A DNA stretch of 63,620 nucleotides, filler included, from Kipferlia bialata (Eukaryota), in assembly GCA_003568945.1 (NCBI GenBank). It is 8 parts of 8 records of this genome, joined end to end, with 100 filler letters (N's around TTAATTAATTAA, not from the genome) between each part and the next. Parts side by side here need not be neighbours in the genome. Positions count along the whole stretch, not along the records: positions 20,191 to 30,182 come from BDIP01001520.1; positions 30,283 to 40,272 come from BDIP01001521.1; positions 40,373 to 44,722 come from BDIP01001522.1; 5 more parts are not named here. The stretch is one strand, 5' to 3'. Shown piece by piece: positions 28,487-40,599 of the stretch; position 1 is the stretch's first letter, and each line of letters opens with the position of its first letter. The translations under genes and the position numbers were made by a program. The notes under the pieces are model-generated. The model did no database searches. It saw only the letters and a program-made list of their open reading frames with translations, and was not told where the DNA came from.

Positions 28487-29450
28487 CTATCTGACACTCA
28501 GAGGGCCACTCCGCTGCCAAGCACCCTGGTAGACATGTGACACTGTGGACAGTGGAGGGGGTATTGGCAGTAGGTACAAATTCATACATATAATACAAAT
28601 ACTATATAGATATAGATATAGATAGATATGTAGGGGGGGGGAGAGAGAGAGAGAGAGAGAGAGTATACAGACATGTGACACTGTAGACGGTGGAGGGGGG
28701 TATTGGCAGTAGGTATGGGTGTATACGAACAAACACATGTCCATCCCTCTCACTCCAGGCCTGCCCAAGTCCATCCCCTCCTCCATGCTGGATGCCAGGA
28801 TGGCCAAGGACAGTATAACAACGGAGGTATACAGTATATATATATATATAGTATATACCACTGTATATATACATAGTATCCTATGTATCCATGCTGGATG
28901 CCAGGATGGCCAAGGACAGCACTACAGTGGAGGTATATACAGTATATATATGTGTAGTAATTTAGGAGTACTATACATGAATATACCTCACAGTAGGGTG
29001 TTCACAGCTATCACACACTAATGTATACTATATATTACTAAATGTGAGAGTCATTGGCGGAACCTAATATCAGGGCGTGCAGCTTGAGTGGACTGGGTCT
29101 AGGCCTAGACCTTGTGCTGTGGTGCCAGAGGGAGAGAGGACACGGGAGCCTACGCTGTTACTAAGGTATATAGTATATATAGAGTATACATATAATATAT
29201 ACTACTGGTATATGTGCTGTGCTGTGGTACAGGAGGGAGAGGGGACAAGAGAACCAACACTGCTGTTGAGGTAATATTATTATGGAATATATGGACCAAA
29301 GGGTTCTTTCTACTTTGAGGTTGTATATATAGGATATGAATAGACTGAATGACACATATTGCTATTGTAATGTGTGACATTATGTCTAACCATAGGTGCC
29401 GAGAGGACATTCTGGTCATGGAGGGCCTTGCTGATACATTCGCCAAGTAG
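20317..29450 (+). CDS. WRAP73: WD-repeat protein WRAP73/WDR8 (centrosome/cilium), 5' truncated
   Basis: Spliced exons give WSPDSLFVAA, KWTPDSRHIITISDYGLEACVWSL, GIAFSPSFEYMACVVRLQCKDHI, VVVWDTPMTYR, MGVKACTVSHRGHYIAAGGFDERLRVLD, WSPDDLYIATHNQNMPHAVWIW, LRAVILQSTPVSSFKWAP, collinear with WRAP73 as recalled; TAG at 29448-29450. Confidence 0.85.
20821..21650 (+). repeat. Exon-echo array around WRAP73 exon 20931-20995
   Basis: One upstream head copy (20829-20870, after aaccccAG) and five downstream tail copies of gtgccaggaaggtgcatgtctttag|GT ending at ~21116, 21250, 21390, 21510, 21646. Confidence 0.92.
23470..24150 (+). repeat. ~120-bp tandem intron-tail+exon-head units before WRAP73 exon 23896-23999, plus a tail echo 24097-24146
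   Basis: Repeated ttcgcgt-ccctttcttatctc-ctag + (G/A)T(T/C)..CAGTTCCGT..TCCAAGACCCCCACC units with heads at ~23505, 23625, 23746. Confidence 0.9.
24690..25280 (+). repeat. Exon-echo array around WRAP73 exon 25086-25154
   Basis: ctaatcctAG|gttgagaccactgtgtacaaccc-tactcagacag at 24701, 24833, 24941 precede the full exon; a tail copy follows at 25239-25275. Confidence 0.92.
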
Positions 29451-30282
29451 AGTGTTCACGGGTGGATTGTTTAATAGAGAACAAATAGAGTGTACTAGTC
29501 TGAATAGTACAGAAGGGCATTACCAATACAAGGACATTCGCCAAGTTGCCACCTTGCCAGAGGTCTCATTCATATATAGATGAGAAGAGAGTCAGTTGCG
29601 AATTGAGGTCTTACTTTTCCATCATGGTTCAATTGAGACTTGATACTTGAGTATACACTCTGCATCGGAAGACATAATTGTAATATTCTCTGGAGTATAA
29701 CAACAGTGTCTTTAGTTACAAATCTATACATTTACTATTCTATTTAGCCAAGCATGACTACTGCATCGGAAGACATCTTTAGTACCTCTATTGAGTGATT
29801 GATAGTATCAATTTGATACCCCTCACTACGAGGTCGAGCGAGACTCTCGCCTTGAGATAACCTGTTGGCCCATTCATGGGGTCGCTGATACAAATGTATA
29901 TATGAATATATGTATATACATATTTAGTAAATATGGATTCTTATCTCAGCGGACCCTGACGCATGGTTATTATTTAAGAATCCTTCACATACAGTGTCTT
30001 GCGCTGTAGCAGTTGTAGTTTATGGAGAAAGAAACCCTCAAGTGTACAGGAGCACCCTGTTGAGTAATTGATGCCCTCACTGTATACAGATGGCCTCTCA
30101 GTCCACAAGGCCGCCTGGTTCGCACCCCCTCTCTTCTTGAAGCTGTCTGTAGGTATTATTGGGAACGTCCTACACCCAGCGGNNNNNNNNNNNNNNNNNN
30201 NNNNNNNNNNNNNNNNNNNNNNNNNNTTAATTAATTAANNNNNNNNNNNNNNNNNNNNNNNNNNNNNNNNNNNNNNNNNNNN

Positions 30283-30332
<50 letters not shown>

Positions 30333-30386
30333 CGTACTGTATATATTCAAATACAGGTACTGCTCCAACACATATACTGTCCCTAC

Positions 30387-33300
30387 CTGCCCTTAGATCA
30401 TCCACTGGCAGGTTGAGCTCTGTGCCAATCTTGATGGCACGCTCCCTAGGGGGTGAGAGAGACAGAGAGAGAGAAAGAATCATCAATACATTCAATACCT
30501 CGTGTCTGGTCTGTTAGGCCATCTGGACAGGACATCCCTCAGGATGGACAGGGCCTAGAGATTAGGAGTATTGGTATATTAATACTTGCGTGCATATACA
30601 TAGTAGTACACATCGTACACATAAGACAAATACATAAGACATCCCTCAGGATGGACAGGGCCTGGGGGTGAGGGGTATAGATGCGTATATGCTATATATC
30701 ACATACTGTATAGGTGTTTTTAGAGTACATGTGTATATATACGTATCTGTCTCTCAGAATGGACAGGGCCTGGGGTGAGGCAAGGATACACACATTCCAA
30801 TAGTACATAAGGTACACATATACAACATATATACATAACACATCCCTCAGAATGGACAGGGCCTGGGGGTAAGGGGTATAGGTATATATATATGTAAACA
30901 CACACCAGTACACACAATAACTGTACCTGCCCGCCCTGTCCTGGCCATACATACACGAATATATATATCTATATATGGTCTATCTATATAAACTACTACT
31001 GTACCTGCACGCCCTGTCCTGCTCCTGGACAGGACATGGAGAGTAAGAATATGTATGTATACAAATATATACACAGTCACTGTACCTGCACGCCCTGTCC
31101 TGACCATACCCACACTAATATATATATATATCCATATATATCCATATATATGGTCTATCTATGTGTATCCATATGTCTCTATACATCTCTATATATCTGT
31201 ACCTGCACGCCCTGTCCTGCCCGGGAGAGCAGAAGGGCCTTGGTCTCGTGGTATCTGGGGGTCAATAGCGGGTGTATATGATACAAAAATGTTGATACAC
31301 CAATAGAGTGGTAACCATGGTTGATTATCGACTCGATGACTCAGTCGCTATACACATAGCATATATACACATGTATATGTATGTGTGTCTATACTATACC
31401 TTGGGTTGAACGACCCCTCAATCTCGATGAGCCTGTCTATGTACTGTAAGGCATTGGGGGTGTTGCCTCTCCTGGGCATTAGAGACATTAGAGTAGGGAC
31501 ATACCACAATGGGACAGGATACCAGCATACCACTCTTACACTATATATGTATATACAATACACGATACCTCACGCAGTGTGCTGCCAGCCAGGACAGGAC
31601 CTGCACATTCCCAGAGTTCAGCCTGGGATAAGCGTTAGCGTGAGGGTAATAATGCCCCTATAAGGCAGTCGTGCACGATATACACCCACCTGTCACTCTC
31701 CCTGTAGCTGTGCAGTGCCCTTGTCTCCTGGCCTGATGCAGCATAGAGCTGGCCAAGGCTGGGGGGGTGAGGATGGAATAGCATATTGATAGTACTCATC
31801 AAGTTATTGATTAATACTGATTTGCATTGATTGATATATCCCATACCGCATGTAGAGGCCTGGGTCGTGTGATGATACAGACAGAGCACGGGACAGAGAG
31901 TCGATGGCATCGGTGGGTCTGGGGGTGAGGAGGCTGAGACACAGAGATATGTGTAAGTACTATATAGAATGGGTACACTCTGAGGGAGCCGATGGCGTCT
32001 GGGGTTAGGGGGAGGCACCACAAGGTATACACAACTCACTCACACTACATCCAGTAGATGAAAAAGAGTACTACACAATACTATGTATCCCGTACCTGTC
32101 TGTGTGTGCGTAGCACTCCCCCAGCATCCACCAAGACATATATCTAAAAGTCTTATAGATATATATACTCATTTGTAGTATATATACCTATCTGTGTGTG
32201 CGTAGCACTCCCCAAGCAGGAACAGAACCTCGGCACTCCTGGGGTCAGGAGAGATACATATTGTCGACAAGTAAACACCATATATATAATATATATACAG
32301 CAGTGTATACATAATGTACCTCGGCAGCCTCTGGGCGAGTCCTGCGAATATGGAGAGTGCGTCCTGGTATCTGGACTGGTCAAAGTAGCACAGAGCGAGG
32401 TTGTACTTGGCCTCGAGGCTGTCCTGGAGTGAGTATTGAAGAAATAGTGAGAATCAGCAGTAACATATACGCATGGATGAACATAAATATACACACGACC
32501 ATCCAAGTACCTGATCCACCTCCACCGCTCTTAGGAATGTGTCTGTGGCATCAGTCAGCTGGGCCTTGCACACGTGGCAGCAGCATGGGGTGAGGGTGTA
32601 CTATAAACGATAGTATTGATATTGACACATGGACAAACAATAACTCAGAGAAGTGGGCCTTGCACACGTGGCAGCAGCCTGGGGTAAGGTGTGTGTATAT
32701 ATAGAGGATATGTATATATATATATATATACATACATAGAGATGAGCCTTGCATACGTGGCAGCAGCATGGGGTGAGGGTATATATAGGGATAATGCTAT
32801 ACTATATAGTATCTGGATACTATTGTACCGTGCCCTTGATGAGGAGTGCATCATATCATACACTACTACATATATACTATATATATATGTGTGTCTATAT
32901 ATATACGTATATACCCCATACCCTTGATGTGCAGTGCCGGCACAACATAAAAGTACACCCCATTCATATATATGCTACTACACCCATACTACATATGATA
33001 CGTATATACTAACATATACCCTTGATGAGCAGTGCATCATATATACTACTACCTCCATACTATATATGTGTGTGTCTATATATACAAACATATCTATCAT
33101 ATCCCCCTACCCTTGATGAGGAGTGCCGGCACGTTGAGGTTGTCGAGGTCCAGGGCCTTGTCGGCATGGCTGGGGGGTGAGGATATGAAGATCTACGAAA
33201 TATATACTATATATACTATACAATACTAAATAATATACATAATATACAATATATATATGTCAAGGGTCCTGTCGGCACGGCTGGGGGTGGGTATCGGTAT

Positions 33301-36300
33301 AGGTGAGACGAGTATAGATAGACTCCAAGACCCCAATAAGGGGCATTGATGGTATATGTGTGATTGGATGGGGAGTACATAGTATATCCATACACACTGT
33401 ACCTAATGGCCTCCTGTGTGTTCCCAGCCACATACTCTGTGTAGGCTAGGTTGGTGTACACAAAGCGGCGCGTCACCTGGTTGATACCGACCTAGAATGT
33501 AAGGAAGAAAGTGCAACATACACATATATAGGCAGGGCTACTAATATATGTGTAAGATAGAGCAGTATACTACTATGTACACTGCGCACATCTCCCCACC
33601 TTGTCGAACCCGTGCAGTGTCTCGACAGCCTGCTTGAAGTCAAGCCTGGGGTGAGAGGTATGCAATCAGTGTCAGTATCAGTGTTAGTATCAGTGTCAGT
33701 ATCAGTGGGTGAGAGGGATCCTATGGAACGTATGTATCCACTAGCTATAGGAAATATATCCACTAACTACACGCACTTTCTGAGCTGTGCGAGTGCCTTT
33801 CCCATCTATAAGTACATAACTATACTACACATAAATATATATATTCATCAGACACTATACACTAACTACACGCACTTCCTGAGCTGTGCGAGTGCCTTCC
33901 CCATCTCGAGTCTGATGGCCAGGTCTCCCTTGCCGTAGGTGCGCAGGACAGACACGACGCGGTCATAGCCTGGGTCAATGCAAAAGTACTCAATGCTTAT
34001 ACATAATTCCTATTGGATACTGTATATACAATACATCACTATGTCTTTAGGACAGAGACTACGCGGTCATAGCCTGTCGTGAAAATGCAAATACATACAC
34101 ATAAAGGACAAGCAAGTCATACAGTATTAAACATTCATACATCCCTACATCTGATACATGAGCCGATTGAGTATGATATGTTGGGTGCAATGGTATTGAA
34201 ATAGAGCACATTACACAAATCTATCCCTCCCTCTATCTCTATATATACATATCTATAGATACTTACACCATCATACTCTACCTGAGCTGATAGAGTATGA
34301 TATGCTGGGTGCAATGATACAGTGCACTATTCCTATACTATATATGCATATACGTATAATACTATACTATATACATTGATACCTGAGCTGATAGAGTATG
34401 ATATGCTGGGAGCAATGAGTCTGGCCACCAGTAGCACACCCCTGGGAGGGTGAGTAGGTGTGTGGGTAACACACATATTAATAGAGAGACACATCTAGTA
34501 TATATATATCTACAATATATGAGTCAATCAGTCTGGCCACCAGAAGAACACCCCTGGGAGGGTGAGAGAGATACATCTTACAGTATATGTATATATAGTG
34601 CATGCCATAAAGAGTATAAGAGTACACACCTGAGATGGTGAGGGGGTGGGGAGTAAAAACATACATACGTATAGATACGCAATCATAGTCGGTGTAATAC
34701 AATTGTACTACAATTGCATGTAGAGAAGCAGAATCAGCATTGTACCTAGCGTTGGACTGCAGTATTGTGGAGAGGAGGGGGGGGGGGGAGATATGTATCT
34801 ACTATATATATATATATGTGTATTGTATATATACAAATAAGGCATACCTAGCGTTGGACTGCAGTATGGTGGAGAGGTGCCTCCCAAGGTCATCGGCCTG
34901 GAGATAAGTACTACATACATACTAGTCGATATACAAATTACTATATGATATATGATACTTATCGATATTTAATGATACTATATATATGGTGGAGAGGTGC
35001 CGCCCAAGGGGGGTGAGCATTATAGAGACATCAGTAATCGGTATATACATACAATGTCTCTGTATAACTAAGGTCATCGGCCTGGGTCGAGTATGGGCAG
35101 GGGGAGGGAGTAGATACTAAACCCGACACCTTATAGATACTAATGGAGAGGATCATACTGATACCATACTGAATGCAATATATACCTGGTTAGCCCCCTC
35201 GTCCACCTCCCCGTCTAGGTTGATGGACAGGTTCAGGGCATTGTCGTCCATGCCTGGGGTGAGAAGGGAATAGGTACTTATAATGTATGATTCACATCTA
35301 TGTCTACAATACAGATACATTACTAAAAGAATAGATAGTAAGGGCCAGGGCATTGTCGTCGATGCCTAAGGTGAGAATGGGATATCAAGACAGGTATGAG
35401 TGTATGAATACAGTACTATGATCAACGATCTAGAGGTCAGGGCATTGTCGTCCATGCCTGGGGGGTAAGAGGGGATGTGTACACAGTACACACATAGTAT
35501 TATAGGCTAGAGGGGAAAGATGTATAAGAAGAGAGAAAGAGTGATCGAGAGAGAAAGAGAGACCATTGCTCCTACTTGATAAGGCCATGTCTATACCATT
35601 AATATACCACACCTATTGAGTGTGCATTGGCTATGGATGTGTCATATATATATATCTATATACCATACACTATATATATATATATATATATACACCATAC
35701 CTATTGAGTGTGCATTGGCTATGGAGGCATCTGCCTCGTTCAGGGCCTTGACCAGTCTGGAGGGTGAGGGGAGGGTATATATATACATACCCACACATTA
35801 ACACACATATATATGTGTGTGTGATAACGAGGGCCTATACCAGCCTAAGGGTCAGAGAGGGGGGGGGGGGGTTTAATATACCAATACATACACAATTCAT
35901 GCTTGCAACTGCCTCTGGTCCACCTCTCTCTCTCTCTCTCTCTATAAATACGCATAGACTACTCTATATACCTAGTGAATGCCTGGTGCATCAGCCTCTG
36001 GTCCTCCAGGGCATAGTAGCAGATGACAAGGGAGTAGAGCACGCTGAACTCCTGAGGCTTAGACAATAAATACATATACATGTATAGTAGTATCATGTAT
36101 ATATATATACAGGGAGTAGAGCACGCTGAACTCCTGGGGATGAGGGGCAGATAATACCAATACCGTGGTGACACACACATATACATGAATATAATAGAAC
36201 ATATCCATACCTGCGTGACCTCTGCCAGGTCCTCCAGCACAGAGACTTGTATATGTATATATATATACATATACTTATATATACTTACAACATATGCATA

Positions 36301-39300
36301 TATTTTCATGTATCTATATACACTGTCTATCTCTATCCATACCTGCGTGACCTCTGCCAGGTCCTCTAGGACAGACACGGCATCCTGCCACCGCTCTGGG
36401 GGGTGAGATGGATATGGAGGATACATGAATACACATATATGATACACATGCATACTAGACAAATACACGGCATCCTGCCACCGCTCTGGGGGGTAAGATA
36501 GATATGGCAAGGCCATACAAACGTAGAACAGATATATACACTGTACCTAGCAGTATGAGTGCTTTGACTATGTTGAGGGGTAAAACCTACACTCTGCATC
36601 TACTAATTATCAATCTATATAGATCCATCTCAATATACATATACTCCCTACCTAGCAGTATGAGTGCCTTGACTATGTTGAGGGATATCCTGACACTCTA
36701 TATCTACTATCTATATATATATATGTACACTATATATATATATACACTATATACCTAGCAGTATGAGTGCCTTGACTATGTTGAGGGATATCCTGACACG
36801 CAGGGTCTCCCTGGCCCTGGGGGATGAGGCATGGGTATCTATATATCTATCTATATATTAACATAGAGGTACTCTATGGATCTGTTCCAGCTATGTAGGG
36901 AGAGAGAGAGAGACCTGCATAGAAAAATATACAGACAGAGGAATACCTTGGAATCTGGTCCAGTGCCATGCGCCAGTACTTGATGGCATCCTGGTACCTC
37001 TCCTGGGGTGAAAGTTACATAAATATAGAGCTTTTCAGATATTTAGATATGAATAAATGAAATATATGCTGTTTCCCACCTGCTTTTAGCGAAGTGCATC
37101 ACCATTGACTCTGACCATATATGAGTATGTCTGCATCCATTCCCATTATAATATACATATATATATATATATATATAACCTATGCCTATATATACATATA
37201 CTTAAATATGCAACCTGCTTGTAGTGGAGTGCCCCAACGTTGACCCATATGTATATGTCTCTATCTATATCCATACCTATCTCATCTGCATAACTATAAT
37301 CTAAGCCTCTATATGCCTATACATACCTGCTTGTAGTGGAGTGCCCCCACGTTAACCCTGATCTCACTGGTCCTCTCGGGGTCAAGGCCCTCGGTCGGGG
37401 TGCCGTTGCCTGGGGGTTAGGTATATATATACATATAGGGATATATGATACTAACAACACTAGAATATATGTGAATAATATAGGTCGGGGTGCCGTTGCC
37501 TAGTGGTTAGTATGTATATAGAGATAGGTATATATGGGTGTATATATTTTAGTCTATATGAATTGTGAGGGTCGGGGTGCAGTTGCCTGAAGGTTAGGAT
37601 GTGTATATAGTGACGTATGCTATAACACACATATACATATACACTATGTACATACCGTTACTCCTAGACTGTGCTGTCAGCAGGTTGCCATAGGTATATA
37701 TATATATATATATATATATACTATTATGCACTAATATACATATATTCACTGTGTTCATACCGTTACTCCTAGACTGTGCTGTCAGCAGGTTGCCATAGGT
37801 ATATATATGTATATATATACTATTATGCACTATTACACATATATACACTATGCACATACCGTTACTCCTTGACTGTGCTGTCAGCAGGTTGCCATAGGTG
37901 GCCAGGGCCTCGGATATGAGACCAGCCCTGGGGGTTTGACCCTAGTAGTGTATGTACATCATGCATCTAACTATATCTACATATATCTATATCTATATAT
38001 GCGTATAGGTGGCCAGAGCCTCGGAGATGAGACCAGCTCTAGAGGTGAGATTAGGACATACAATTCAATGCAATAATGGTATACATACTGACTATACTGT
38101 ATGTATACTCTACAAACATAATTCTCCCACCTTGGCTGGCAGATACCCCTGTGATACCATGCCCTATACACCATGTACTATACCACAAATACATACATAC
38201 TATATCCACTATATATCCACTATACACTCACCTTGTCTGGCAGATGCCCCTGTGGAACTGCAGGGTGTACCTGGGGGTGAGGAAGATATATATGGAGAGA
38301 GACACATATGTAGAGAGAGAGAGAGTACCTCAGGTCTGTACTAGCCAGGGTCTCTGACACATCCAGGTCATGGGTCTCCATCAGGGACCTTGGGGTGTGG
38401 GAATATATATATATATACTATACTATGTATGTATAGGCTGAGAGAGAGAGAGAAAGAGAGGCCATGGGTCTCCATCAGGGACCTGGGGGGTTAGGATATG
38501 TATATAGTATTGTATATGAATGGGGGACATCCACACATCCACATATATTCATATTCGCATACCTGAGCTTTGTCTCGAGCTGGATACCCTGCCTAATCCT
38601 CTTCAGGGCCTGGGGGTGAGGTATTTCTAGGAGGTACGTCTGTATTACCAGTGGATGTGTATCTGAATGAAATACGCTTTCTGCTGTGCCCATACCTAGA
38701 GTATATACTATTCTCCCATATATATATATCCATATACTGTATCCATACCTTCTGGTGTGCCTCTGTGGTGCCCAGGGCAAATGCTATACTATTATACTTN
38801 NNNNNNNNNNNNNNNNNNNNNNNNNNNNNNNNNNNNNNNNNNNNNNNNNNNNNNNNNNNNNNNNNNNNNTACATACTCATATATATTGTCTCATTGAGTA
38901 TACCTTCTGGTGTGCCTCTGTGGTACCAAGGGCACAGGAACAGGCAGCGTCCTGGGGTGAGGGATGGAGGCCACACTCAATCTATACCATATATCTGTAC
39001 ACTATGCATCTATACCTCCATGCACTGGTGGATCTGTCTCTCTCTTCCTCGCTCTCTCTCCCTATATATATACTATAAATATATGCCATATATATACTCT
39101 CTGTACCTCCATGCACTGGTGTATCTGTCTCTCGAGTGCCCTGGCCTTGATCTTGGGGGACGAGGACACGGCGTCCCTAGGGGTTAGGAGATATGATATG
39201 TACATTAATATATACTACCATATATATATATATATATATATACATATCTTGGGGGACGAGGACACGGCGTCCCTAGGGTTATTAACCTATACTATATTAT

Positions 39301-39901
39301 TTGTTATAATATTATATGTTATATTATATACATATACATACATCATATACTTGGGGGACGAGGACACGGCATCCCTGGGGGGGTGAGAAGAAACATGCCA
39401 AGAGAGAGAGAGAGAGAGACATATAGGCAGAGAGAGGCCAAAAGACACAGCGACCCATATAGAGTTGGTCAGCGCACATATACTTCACCTTACATATTAA
39501 TGAATATATATACATACACATATATATGTGTGTGTGTGAATACATACCTAGGCAGTCTGCTCTGTGTGGCGTATCCTGCTGAGCGGCCCATCCTGCCTAG
39601 AGGGTGAGGCAGAGACATATACATACAAGTATATAAATGGAGACTAAGATATAGAGATGTATACATAGCAGAGCGGCCCATCCTGCCTAGGGGGTGAGGC
39701 AGAGACATATATACATACAAATACACACACACACCAATATATATATATATGGAGACTAAGGTACAGAGAGGTATACAAAGCAGAGCGGCCCATCCTGCCT
39801 GGGGGGTGAGGCAGAGGGAGACATGGGGGGGGGGGAGGAGAGAGTAAGCGAGAGGTATGCACTATCAGTACCTGTCCCTGCCTCTGCTGCTGAACCCAGC
39901 T

Positions 39902-39932
<31 letters not shown>

Positions 39933-40196
39933 CTCAATATATATATATATATACTCAACATAAATATATACTAGAGTATACACACCTGTACCCGGCCTGC
40001 CTCTGCTGCTGAACCCAGCTGCCTGCACTGCAGTCATTAGTCTAGCGGGGGGCTCTCTGCTGCCTAAGGGTTAGGGAGAGAGAGGACGGAGAGGGATAGA
40101 ACAGAGTACAACGAGTCAGCCATTTATCAGTCACCCCCTACCTCCGGCATGGTTTCCTGTCACACCGATGGTGGCTGTGGCCTGCTGCTGCACTAC
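30387..40196 (-). CDS. IFT88: Intraflagellar transport protein 88 (TPR protein), truncated at both ends
   Basis: Minus-strand exons give RLMTAVQAAGFSS, IRVNVGALHYKQERYQDAIKYWRMALDQIP, LVARLIAPSISYSISSGYDRVVSVLR...LAIRLEMGKA, YTNLAY, HADKALDLDNLNVPALLIKG, EAKYNLAL, LGQLYAASGQETRALHSYRESDR, NVQVLSWLAAH, matching IFT88 motifs (RPMTAIRAAGF, AIKFYRMALDQIP, AKLIAP). Confidence 0.92.
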
Positions 40197-40372
40197 CTGG
40201 GTGTGAGGCCAGGAGGATACATGGGGAGAAGGGGGGGAGGGGGGGGGGGGGGGCCACCAAGGGGGAGGAGGCNNNNNNNNNNNNNNNNNNNNNNNNNNNN
40301 NNNNNNNNNNNNNNNNTTAATTAATTAANNNNNNNNNNNNNNNNNNNNNNNNNNNNNNNNNNNNNNNNNNNN

Positions 40373-40422
<50 letters not shown>

Positions 40423-40599
40423 GATGACCATATATACAAGACATGCAAAAGTATATGTACATATACACACCTCTGGGTGCATGTCCAGGTGGTTTGTCTC
40501 ACTCTCCATCTTCCACATTCAATAATATATGTACAAATATACTGGCCAACCTTTAATTAATATATACATACTAATATATTTGAGTGATACAATATATAC

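Noticed and set aside
2232..29450. Non-standard code with TAA/TAG = Gln as in hexamitid diplomonads
   Set aside because: Three genes end plausibly at TAG (2232, 9672, 29448) and no in-frame TAR was needed in any conserved exon.
29975..30146. Possible minus-strand terminal exon (DSFKKRGGANQAALWTERPSVY...)
   Set aside because: Single short frame at a contig edge with no recognisable homology; too weak to call.
30283..30328. Long poly-G/poly-C tracts as G-quadruplex elements (also 40373-40421, 63597-63620)
   Set aside because: They sit at contig ends where length is unreliable and may be sequencing or assembly artefacts.
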